DNA of 63,906 bases, counting the filler, from Collodictyon triciliatum (lineage: Eukaryota), in NCBI GenBank assembly GCA_043381765.1. It is 6 parts of 6 records of this genome, joined end to end, with 100 filler letters (N's around TTAATTAATTAA, not from the genome) between each part and the next. Parts side by side here need not be neighbours in the genome. Positions count along the whole stretch, not along the records: positions 1 to 9,901 come from JBHJMP010002366.1; positions 10,002 to 21,558 come from JBHJMP010002368.1; 4 more parts are not named here. The stretch is one strand, 5' to 3'. The first letter of the stretch is position 1. Each line of letters begins with the position of its first letter. Under the pieces are notes generated by a model that ran no database searches, was not told the DNA's origin, and saw only the letters and a list, made by a program, of their open reading frames with translations. Of the stretch, positions 1 to 13,833 are shown one piece after another. A program made the translations under genes and the position numbers.

Positions 1-689
1 GTAAAAACTCAGTAATTATGTAAAATTCGCATATAGCACTCTATATTTTTCAAAATATTATTGTTTCAAGACCTCATAATTTCTCAGTATTATTGTTATA
101 AAATTTAATTTTTATGTGTATTATGATGACAATTAAAAAAATTACATTAACGTTTACTTCTTGTTCCAGTTTTATATGATAATTTTTTATATCAATAATT
201 TATTGACATGTTGTGATTCATATAGACTTTCAATGGTATGATTTGAAGTTGTGTAAAAAAATTTTTATGAATGTTTCACATATCGACTCAAAGCTCAGAA
301 TCACTATTCAACAAGATGATAAAAATGAGCAGGGTGATGACATAGAATACATTTTTAATTGAAGTTACACAATAAATCAAATTTGTTGGGAATATCGATA
401 CATTTAGTAAATGCCTTTCAATTAAAAATTTTAATATCATTGGTTTTCAAAATGAAACAAATAAATGTCTCAGTGTTTTATTTCTCATTACAAAAGGCAT
501 TGAAATATAAAATATTATATCATATTTTTAACTCATATGGCTATAATATGTAACGGTTCTAACAATCCTAATCCAGATTGAGTTAATCATCTTACATTCA
601 TTGCAAACACAATATGATAAGATGGTTTTTCCGTTTATATCCACACCATAATTTGGATATGAATACTTGATTAGAAATGCAATATTTCA

Positions 690-1032
690 CTTTTGCTGAA
701 GCCTGATAGATTATATATCTGTAAAAATAATACCTGTGTATTTGATTTCACAAATCATATTTTGTATTATATAAGTATTTACGTGCATTTGTCTCATTCA
801 TTTCAGGAATCAGATATCCTTGTTTTTTCGAGACAAACCTGCGACTTTGGAGAGCCATGTGATATTGGGATTACCGATTTGAATGGAACGAACCTGTACA
901 AAAGCTCACATACGTGCGGATTTGTCATGCACTTATTAAATGTCATCAAAGCTCATTAAAAAGTTTGCCAACTACGTGCTGCTATATGGTGGAACTGATT
1001 ATCAAATACTGATTGACTCGGTGTACGATTGA
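690..1032 (+). CDS. Possible 3' exons of an unidentified intron-containing gene
   Basis: An AG/GT-bounded open segment at ~807-913 (ESDILVFSRQTCDFGEPCDIGITDLNGTNLYKSSH) and a following short segment ending in a stop. No recognisable family. Confidence 0.25.
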
Positions 1033-3129
1033 ATTTATTTGGGCTAAATTGATAAAACTGAAGGTGGCATTTCTGGATTACATTACTTTAAAGATTGATT
1101 TAGAATAGGATGTTTGAAGTCAATATTGATTAATATAATGCCACAATATAATAATTACATATTTCAAAACATGGGACTCCGAGGCATAAGACAAGCTGGA
1201 AGGATATGTATCTGCGGGTTTACCCTGCATCATATGGACGGCATGATGCATCTGTGTGTGTTGATTGCCATGGTGTGAAGATAGTAGGAGCGCTACGATG
1301 CCGCTATTCACGGAAATAGACCGAACAGGACGAATGCTCCATATACCCAAGATGGATAAAATAATTTTTTTGTTGTGGTGCAGTTTTATCTATAAGCGGA
1401 CAGTATATATTGAATGTGTTTTGTTGGGGGAGAGTGTTGCAGCGAGTGAGTGTGCGCCAGAGTGCGAGCGAGATGGCGTTGGTTGCGGTGGAAAGGATCG
1501 CTGCCTGTGGAGAGAGGGCTGCGTCGGTGTTGGGGGAATGCGCCCAGTGTTTGAGGGTCAATGCTTGCTGGGCTTCTTGTTGAGCGGTCTGTGCGGAGTT
1601 GGCCGGAGCAAGGAGGGTGGGTGTATGTGTGGAAGGGGGGGGGGTTGGGAGGCGGACAGCCTGTTCTTTTTCCTCCGCACGCAGATATTCCACGCAACAC
1701 TGTTTTTTTATTTCTTTTTGTCTGTGGTGTCTTGTTTCAATGAAAGGAGTGTGAAGCGTTTTGGGATGGCCAGTCTTTCACTTTTTTTAACTTCAAGGCG
1801 TTTTTTTTTTACTTTATGTTTTGTCTTGTTGGTGGCGAAAGGCTCCGAGCACCTTGAGAAGCCTGGGTGCTGTGATTCGTTTGTGGCGACAGCCTCTCGC
1901 AGTGAACCTTGCGGTGTTTTTTTTTTGTCACACACTCAGCGACTCCAAAAACAAGCGTTGCACGGGCCGTTAGTATAATGGTTTGTTTCCTGGATGTGCC
2001 CCAGGATGAGCCGACTAGTGACCTACCGACGCTGTTGTGTTGCTCACAGCGGAGCTTTTGTGTGGGTCTGGGACGAAAGAGAGGATTTGTTTTATGGTCT
2101 CTGCCTGCATCAAAAGCTGTGTGTGTTTTTATTTTGTTGGCGGTGCCCTCTGCCTTGGGGATAGCCTTGTGCAGCCGAGCCGCAGCGAGTGTGCTTTTCT
2201 TGCATCACCCGTGCGCACGCCGACACTTGAGCCTGCGGGTAAATGGCAGGGGCTTTTCACGAAGGCGGGGGCAGAGTAATCAGAGAAATAACTCAAGGAA
2301 TACAAACGTCAAGCCCAGGGCTCTGTGTGAGAGGCACGGACATTCGTCACACAGCGAGCGCACGGCGCGGAGAATAAACCCAGAAAACGAAAGAGAATTC
2401 AGCGCAGCCTCTCGCACTTCCTCGCTCAGCCTTCATTGACTGGCACGGGCGAAGAGAAATGAAGCAAGTGCGTTGAGGACGGCCGTGAGCACAGCGATGT
2501 GAAGAAAACAGGACGAGATCAGGCGTTTGTCTCGCTGGTTGGACTAATGAGCCACAGCCATAGCAAAAGCCTGTTGCGCCAGAGAGCCCGGAGGCGCGGA
2601 GCACACGAGCGGAAGACGCAAGCGCAACACCCACCAGCGCACGAAGCGGGACAATACGAGGCCGTTGCACACTATATAGTTGTTGGACTTTGTTCAATAT
2701 ATATGCACGCGGGCAACTTGCTCCCAATATAGATAAAACACGAATTCGTAAAAAAATATCGTACGAAAAAGGAGAAGAATTGCAAGGATGTATAAATACG
2801 CAACGCGAGACAAGGTACATGCCCTTAGCAAAAGGTATATATACCGAATGTGAGTGTTGCGCATTATATTGCAACATGATTAATATGGTCGTGTCGCTCA
2901 TCCATTGGGTGGCTTGTCGAACATTCATTGCATCTGGGCGCAGTGGGCGGATGGCTGTCTGCCAAGAATCGATGCGTGTGTTGTGGGTGACGGGGCAGAG
3001 ACGCGAATGATAATTCACAAGGCAACATCAGTTTTGCTGAACGTTTTTCTTTTCACTCATTTCCAAGGTGTTTGGGTGAGGATGCGCAGATAGAGAAGGT
3101 TTGCGTAAGGATGTTAAGACACAAAGAGA

Positions 3130-3430
3130 CGAACAAACAAACAAACAAACAAACAAACAAACAAACAAACAAACAAACAAAGTGACTAACAGACAAAGAA
3201 CAAACAAACAAAATAAATAAATAAAGAAAGAAAAGAAACAAACAATCATACAAATAAACAAAGAAACAAACAAACAAACAAACAAACAAAAAGACTAACA
3301 ATGACAAAAGAGACTAACAAATAAACAAATAAACATCCATAGAACAAACAAACAATGATCCATAGAAACAAAAAACAAACTGAGAGACAGATACAAACAA
3401 ACAAACAAACAAACAAACAAACAAAGTGAC
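3130..3430. repeat. (AAAC)n microsatellite, partly degenerate
   Basis: Direct inspection of the tandem AAAC runs. Confidence 0.95.
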
Positions 3431-5689
3431 AGAGATGCAAGGAGAAAGAGACAAAGGGTAACGAGGTAAAAAGACAGAGGCCAAAGAAATAGGACAAACA
3501 GTCAAGAGATCACAAAAAAAAGGACAGACTAACAGAAACCAGACATTATTTTACTCCCGACATCTTCACAAGAAAGGTCGACCACAGCATTATGCAAGGG
3601 CAGAAGGAATAGACTTATACTTGGACATCAGTATTGGTTATTTAAATTACAACACCCTGACTAACTTCGTCTGTTCCTTTCCCTGTGATGACGGTGGTTT
3701 ATTTCCAGCTGGTGGTGCATCCTCTGTTTTAATTTTATGTTCAATAAACTTTCTTTTAAGAGACTTAATGAGCATTCTTTTGAGACTTAAGTGCTGTCGA
3801 GGATCCACTACTATTTGTACTCAACTCGCACTGAAGTTCCCTTTTTTTTTACCATATTATCTTTTGCCTTTTCAAAACCCACTCAAACCAAACATCTATT
3901 GCTGTGAAATAGTGAATTGTTGCTTTCCGGACAAAATAGTTTTCTTGTGTAGCAGTATTGTTGCTGACTGAATAGCATTGCTTTCCTTTCCGTCCTGTAT
4001 TTCACACCTCACCTGCTTTCAACAATCTACAAACATGTACACACACACAAACACACACACACACCAGCCCAGCTCATGCACACAACCACCCAGTCATCTC
4101 CCTAGCGTATATGATTTACTTTATAACTTCAAATCAATACCTTTGCACACGTAGACAACCGGCGTGAATACTTCATGCGGTATAAAAAAAAGATGAAAAG
4201 GAGGATATGCTTGCGAGAAAAGGCAAGAAACTCCAGCAGAAGTTGCAGGATAAACTCATGAAACTGCTGCCTCTCAACTCCCATGCACAGGCCGACAGCC
4301 ACAGCCCCACACCTCGCAAAGCAGCTAGATGAACACCACCTGTACTAGAGGGCTTTTGCCACCATATCACACGACTTCTAGCACTCATCAACTCATATAC
4401 TCCAAGCGCAGCGTGTGCAGGTGTTCATCATGCAACGCTTTAAACGACCAACAATGTTTACTAGATGACACAAGGAAAGAGCAGCTACTTCCCAATGTGC
4501 CTGTTGAGTTGCCCTGGACAGACAGGATATGGTATTGCGTTATGCTGCAAGGTTGCACGAATTCGAGACACAGCTGTGGGGACACAGGCGCGAGAAGCAA
4601 TTTAAGTCTTCTGCTTGTGCTGGTTGATACACAGCCGCCCACAACTCACAAAGCAACAGTAACACAGCCGCGTTCCGTTCTGCGGTGGGAAAGGCGGAGG
4701 AGGCGCACCGAGTTGGAGTGGAAACCATACAAAGAAGCCTCTCATACGCGCATTAAAGAAGACAGCACTCAGCCGCAGCAGCCAGAAAATAAGAGAAACA
4801 AGACCAGAGGAGGTTGCACGGGATCTGCCAGTGAAATACAGGAAGGCGAAAGCAGCACTATATTTTGCCCTTTCTTTTTATCGCTTGGTGGAAGGGACAC
4901 AAAGTTTAGAGTTGCTCTGTTGTATGAGCTGCGCCTTTGTGTGTAAGAGGGTAGCTAAGCAGCCCACGAAGGTATTTGTGTTTGTACTAGCGGCTGAGTA
5001 CACTTGCTACCGAGAACGAGGTAGACAGGCTATGGGCGCGGGTGCGTAAGCTGCTGTCCACAATTGCTTGGGGCTGGAGCGAGTCTGTCCAGGTGTGCAA
5101 GAGGGTGAGATGAGGCGCAGGTATGTCATTTTCTTTGTTCTTAACATTTTTACTGCATAAAAAACAAAAACAAAAGGGGTTGTGTTTGCTCTTCACACCC
5201 ACCACAATGCAGCCTCCAAGCTCCCTCTGCAGAGCTATCCCTCCGAGTTTTCCCTGTGGCCTCGGTTATACGACCATAGGCATTGGCGACAGGAGCGTGG
5301 GCAAGTTTGGTTTACCCAGGAATGACTTTACGTTGCGCCTCACCACAAGTACAAAGCCAAGCGAGTTTAGCTTCTGGCTTTGTTCATCATCCCAGTCAGT
5401 CGCACTTCCTTTACCCACCCCAGCCAACACAGCCCCTTTGCAACTTGGAAGGTTTGAGTTCCCAGCCCCTAGTGCGCGTATGTTGGCAGCAGTTGCAACC
5501 TTACGATGGACAGAGCGAGCCCACACCCGCCGACGAACGAACCCGCCAGCGTGCGTCTCTACAAATATGTATTTCTGGCAGAGAGCAGCTGCTTGATGCA
5601 CGTAGTGAGTCACTCTGTATGTTTGTGCCCAGCAGAGATAAAGAGAACGAGCTGCAACTATGCCTGTGCGCACTTTTGCAAGCAACCGC

Positions 5690-6190
5690 GTAGACTCGAC
5701 GTGTGCTGTGTTATCAAGTGTGGACATGGGAAGCAAAGCAAGACGAAGGCAGTTCCAGGAGGGCTGGAGGAGCATGACAACTCTGCGCTTCTAGATGACC
5801 CAGCTGCGGTGCAACCCCAAGAGGGTGAGGCCGAGAATATCCCACGTGTCCTGCCTGCCGGACATTTTGGACGCAATATTCCTCAGAAAAAAGAAGGTTG
5901 AGCGAAGACAGGGCCGCAACGAGCTCACAGCTTTTAAAGCCCGAAGGCTTCCAGACTCCCGTTGGCCCGCCTTGCATCAAGGAAAACCTGGGGTTTGTCC
6001 TCATCGCCCCGTGGAGTCCGCATATGAGTGTAGGAAGCAGAAGCATAAACTTCACAAGCGCGGCCCATATATTATTTCCAGCGTAGGCAGAAAAAAAGAA
6101 CGGCGAGATGAGATGAGAGTCGTGATTTGGCTTAAACAATATTTTATGGAGGTTATTTTCATATTCCTGGGCTGTGCATCCACCGCGCCA
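5690..6190 (+). mobile_element. Decayed Ty3/Gypsy-like gag-pol relic (start of RT)
   Basis: One frame reads LLKPEGFQTPVGPP-CIKENLGFV...SAAHILFPA*AEKKNGEMR*ES*FGLNNI. This resembles the Gypsy pre-RT/RT1-2 consensus (IELKPG..PP.GP..ENL.KGFI.PS.SP.AAPILFVKKKDG.LR.CVDYRGLNNI) but carries stops. Upstream RRLDVCCVIKCGHGK looks like a degenerate gag zinc knuckle. Confidence 0.45.
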
Positions 6191-6915
6191 GGTTATGTTT
6201 GAAAGGAAAGGAGGGTGAGTTCTTTAATTTGTTTGTTTGCTNNNNNNNNNNNNNNNNNNNNNNNNNNNNNNNNNNNNNNNNNNNNNNNNNNNNNNNNNNN
6301 NNNNNNNNNNNNNNNNNNNNNNNNNNNNNNNNNNNNNNNNNNNNNNNNNNNNNNNNNNNNNNNNNNNNNNNNNNNNNNNNNNNNNNNNNNNNNNNNNNNN
6401 NNNNNNNNNNNNNNNNNNNNNNNNNNNNNNNNNNNNNNNNNNNNNNNNNNNNNNNNNNNNNNNNNNNNNNNNNNNNNNNNNNNNNNNNNNNNNNNNNNNN
6501 NNNNNNNNNNNNNNNNNNNNNNNNNNNNNNNNNNNNNNNNNNNNNNNNNNNNNNNNNNNNNNNNNNNNNNNNNNNNNNNNNNNNNNNNNNNNNNNNNNNN
6601 NNNNNNNNNNNNNNNNNNNNNNNNNNNNNNNNNNNNNNNNNNNNNNNNNNNNNNNNNNNNNNNNNNNNNNNNNNNNNNNNNNNNNNNNNNNNNNNNNNNN
6701 NNNNNNNNNNNNNNNNNNNNNNNNNNNNNNNNNNNNNNNNNNNNNNNNNNNNNNNNNNNNNNNNNNNNNNNNNNNNNNNNNNNNNNNNNNNNNNNNNNNN
6801 NNNNNNNNNNNNNNNNNNNNNNNNNNNNNNNNNNNNNNNNNNNNNNNNNNNNNNNNNNNNNNNNNNNNNNNNNNNNNNNNNNNNNNNNNNNNNNNNNNNN
6901 NNNNNNNNNNNNNNN

Positions 6916-9713
6916 TGCCAAGCTTTTTCTCTCTTGAAGCCAGAATATAATGAATTGGTTTACAGTTCTATTATCATGTAATGCTTTCCCTGTATTGCTC
7001 TGTGATTAATTGAAATTCATTCAAACAGGTTCCAAAACCATACCGATATTTTTGCTTGGGAGAGAGTATATCATGTCGGAGAAGAAGGATATAACGGACT
7101 CTATGGAGTCAGAACAAAAGAAATGTTCAGGTTGCTTCACAAAAGAATAATATTTTCATATCGCCTTTCTATACTGTGCCTTATGAACAAAAATATAAAT
7201 TGTAAGAAGTAATATAGACCTTTGAATCAAATGAATGGAAAAACATACAGACCTACCATTACACATGTGACAAACTGAAATTGCGATTATTATATATGCC
7301 TTTTTTTTTTTAAAAAAAAAAAAAGCAATTCTGAATCTTCAACATTAATCTATTTTTTTTAAAAAAAAACTACAGAATCTTGCTCACCAACACACGCGCA
7401 TGATTTTTTGACCTCATTCCGCTCAATTGTTTGGATAATGTATCGAAAGGTTCATCATTCATAACATATGAAAATCGTTGTGTACAGTATTGATGGCGTT
7501 CAAAGCATTTCTGACAGAATATCTATCCTTGAACGAAACAAAACATCATATTGTATGCCATATCGCCACTTAGGATTTCCCTCCTATTGGACCCGCGCTT
7601 TTCACAAGTGATGCTGGATGGGGATGTATGATACGAACTGGCCAAATGATGTTGGCACAGGCCTTCATCCGCCAATTCCTGGGAGCAGGTACATACAATT
7701 AGATTACCTAAACTGATTTATCTTGTTTTATTTTGACATGACAATTAATGAAAGTTTGGAATCAAATGGTTTGACGAATTGGTTTTTCTTTCATGTGTTT
7801 CTTTTTATTACTTTTCTTTTGTTTATTATATTCCAGCACATTCTACACATATCTACACAGCAGTTTGTACCTCAAATACTTTCACATACTAGACTGGAGC
7901 ATCGATAGGAACAGCGACATGAAAATATATGAGGAGGTCAGCAAACTACTGACGGTTATGGCGAGATGGATATTTCTATTTTTTTTTTCATAGCTTAATT
8001 ATATTTCGCCTCTTCTCCCCTTGAAAAGATACTCGGCTGGTTTCGAGACCATTCTGGTGCTTCATCACCGTACTCGATTCACAATATCCTCCACGTATCG
8101 GCCAATTACGGAATGGAGGCGGGCAATTGGTTCTCCCCTAGTTCAATCGGCAACGCTCTTCAGTATGTTAGCGTCTTCATCTGAAATTAATAATTACCAT
8201 TCGCATGCGGTAACATATATTATTTAATCTGGGTTCATGTCTATGAGTATGTTCTCATTCATTTGATGACAAAATGTCGGATCTTTTAAGTCAATTCCTT
8301 TCTGAACAAACATTAATCACGCCTGCAGGTTGTTGGTTAACTCGCACAACCCAAGAGGAATTGTGATGGTCATTTGCCGGTAATACATTTCGTATATATT
8401 TGTGCGTACCTATAGCTGTAGTAATTGATGAGACAATAAAAATTAAACTCACGCAGCTGATTTTATTTCAATCCCAACTTCCTTTCGTGTCTTTTTCAGA
8501 GACGGCTCCATCTATAAAGACCAAGTGAAGCAAACAGCGATGATATCAAACACATGGGCCCCCACTATTGTGTACCTACCTCTTCGCTTGGGACTTGATG
8601 TCATAAATCCTCTATACATGCAACAGATATTACAGGTTCTTTCTATAGTATATATATGAATGTTGTCATCTTTAGTATTAGTGCAGAAGGATGAGCCTCA
8701 TCTATGTTTTTGTGGTTTTTTTCTCCATACATTATTTCACATTCTTTAATTCACCCTATGAATTTATTGATACAAAAGGTATTTCGTTGGACCCAAAGCA
8801 TCGGAATCGTCGGCGGACGCCCTGGTGCATCATATTACTTTGTGGGAGCTCAAGGTTCTTTTCCTATACCGTTGTTTGACCCTTCCATCCATTTCTGAAT
8901 TTTCATTTGAAGTTGAGATTTTATCGCCAAAGACCGTTCTGTTAAAAATATACAAATGTAACCAAAATGCGAAACATGTAAAAGTAACCAGCGATAAAGA
9001 TTATACTAAATACAATGTTGCAATTTTAAAATGAAGTTCATATCACTGTTTCAACAAATAGAAAACAGCCTCTATTATCTTGACCCGCATGTTGTCAAGT
9101 CGTCCCGAGGAGATACGCGTTCCATCATCGAGGTTAGTTTTCATCAGGGTTCTTTGCTGGATATCGCAATGATGAATTCCTTGGACATATTCTAAAAGGA
9201 GAAATAGCAAATTAAGAAATGAATAGTTAATATTAACAATCAATAAATGAAAACAAAAAGAACCAAGAAAAATCAGTAATTTAACTGTGGACGCGACATA
9301 CCCTCTTTCCTTCCAGTCATACAAGAGTCCGTGTCCACGCCGAATGTCGATTGGAGACCTTGACCCATCTCTAGCGATGGGGTTTCTCTGTCCAACAGAA
9401 CAACATTTTGATGACTTGTGCGACAAAATCACTCACGTAAGCGCTATGCCCGAAAGAATGTTTACAATAACCATTAGTATTCATGTAATTATTTTTCATT
9501 CAAAACCTTTTTATGTCAACATTCGCTTTAATTTACCACAAAGCTCTCTGGAACCCCGTTTGCCACTGTGTTTAACAAAATGCCTGGGTATGTTGCATCA
9601 TCCATGGCGCGAATTTCTCGAACCTCTTCAGCCGACCGAGACGTTCAAAATACTTGCGGATATACTATGGTTAATTAGACAGGATGCGGGGTGCACTGGC
9701 ACAGAGAAAATAA
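6916..9713 (+). CDS. ATG4: Autophagy cysteine protease ATG4 (multi-exon; 5' end lost in gap)
   Basis: Spliced exons give [46 protein letters not shown] (catalytic Cys), [51 protein letters not shown] (catalytic Asp/His) and [11 protein letters not shown]. The last exon is less certain. Confidence 0.95.
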
Positions 9714-9804
9714 GGGAGACGTAGGCCGACTCGCCCCTCCCAACACGGAATCTATACTTTATCAAACTTTTCTTGGTATATAAGCATAATACATATATAT
9801 AGTC

Positions 9805-9835
<31 letters not shown>

Positions 9836-9945
9836 TTTTACTTTTTTTTTTTTAAATTTTTTCCTTTTTTTTTTTCTTTTCTTTATCCTTTATTCCTTTT
9901 TNNNNNNNNNNNNNNNNNNNNNNNNNNNNNNNNNNNNNNNNNNNN

Positions 9946-9957
9946 TTAATTAATTAA
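9946..9957. other. Artificial scaffold linker TTAATTAATTAA flanked by N runs (also at 21603, 33309, 44959, 56608)
   Basis: The identical six-frame-stop 12-mer sits between ~44-N blocks at five places, and genes are truncated at these points. Confidence 0.97.
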
Positions 9958-10001
9958 NNNNNNNNNNNNNNNNNNNNNNNNNNNNNNNNNNNNNNNNNNN
10001 N

Positions 10002-10085
<84 letters not shown>
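10002..10085. repeat. (AAT)n microsatellite at scaffold start
   Basis: Direct inspection. Confidence 0.97.
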
Positions 10086-10087
<2 letters not shown>

Positions 10088-10139
10088 ACCCAGGGGTTAA
10101 AATCTGTCTCCATAAAAGAAATATTATGTTGGATAATGT

Positions 10140-12737
<2,598 letters not shown>

Positions 12738-13343
12738 CCTTTTGAAAGATGTGGCGCTACAAACGAGTGATCCTGTTCGAATCGGCGAAAACTGGACAGC
12801 TTTGACTTCAGTGCGACACAGAACCAAGGAGTCCCGCGAACGTTGACAACAAAGCAAGGATACAAATGGACGCACCGCAGGGGTGTTTTGTGAATGACGA
12901 GCCCTCCTATGAGGTGCAAGTCCAAAGGTAAACGAAGGAGAATAAGAAGAAAAAAAAAAGGAAAAAGGATATTGTTTCTGTGAGACAGGAGACGAAGAAA
13001 ATGAACAGGAGAACTCAAGTGCACCGCGAAAGTAATAAACTGCGCTGAAAAAACACTGGCGGGGTGGGGTTCGGCTCTATGCTCCCGAGTTTATAGAAGG
13101 AGAGGAAAACAGAACGACTTTTGGGATTTTCAGGCATCCTTTGTGGTTTGTCTCTGTGTTGTTTCCACAGGAGGAGGGTCTTTGCGGTCGGTCGCAAGCA
13201 TAGCGGGCAGGCCATCACACTGAACGAAATGATCATCACAGCCGATCAAAGGAAAATGACCGAAAAAAATGGAGCGGAAAAAGAGCCGCAAACTGGCAGA
13301 TAATAATCTTTCAATAATGATAATGAACTTGTTAGGTCAAGAA

Positions 13344-13362
13344 GCTTCCATGGCGCAACCGG

Positions 13363-13399
<37 letters not shown>

Positions 13400-13416
13400 G
13401 AGCCCACCTGGGAGCG
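13344..13416 (+). tRNA. trnN-GUU: tRNA-Asn (GUU), intronless
   Basis: Acceptor stem GCTTCCA/TGGGAGC with discriminator G. Anticodon arm TTCGG-CT-GTT-AA-CCGAA, T-arm GGTTCGAGCCC, and a T-run pol III terminator just downstream. Confidence 0.96.
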
Positions 13417-13833
13417 AATATATTTTTTGCCTCATGTCTGATACGCTCATTTGTGCGGAGCCTGGCACCGAGCCAGAACTTCTGCCACCACACCACCATC
13501 GCGAGAAAGCACGATAAGGACAGACTAGCGAGATATCACCCCATTCAAAGCGCCCAGCCCATGGCCACCCAATAGAGGAAAGCACAATCGCCATGAAATC
13601 CACATAAGGACACCGAGCGCTAAGGCCTGAACCCCAAAGCGCGCACCCGCGACGTTCGTTCCAATTCTGGTGATTTTCTGCAGCCACGGTCGATCGCAAC
13701 CGCGCGCCCGTCAAGGAGCGGCGGAATCCAATGAAGGCGCAGCACGCGTGTTGTTGAGCCTCGCGCCCTGCGCAGGACGGTGAGAGGCGCGAGTCTAATG
13801 GAGTGGCGAATGTGGGCAGGTGCTGCGTGGCGA

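Noticed and set aside
2928-2943. 16-nt match (CTGCGCCCAGATGCAA, minus strand) to the LINE fragment near 21924
   Set aside because: About one such match is expected by chance in a window this size, and the flanks do not align convincingly.
9655-9715. U6 snRNA-like motifs (ATATACTA..ACAGAGAA)
   Set aside because: The spacing is wrong and the AGC triad/ISL are absent. The region is explained as the last ATG4 intron and exon.
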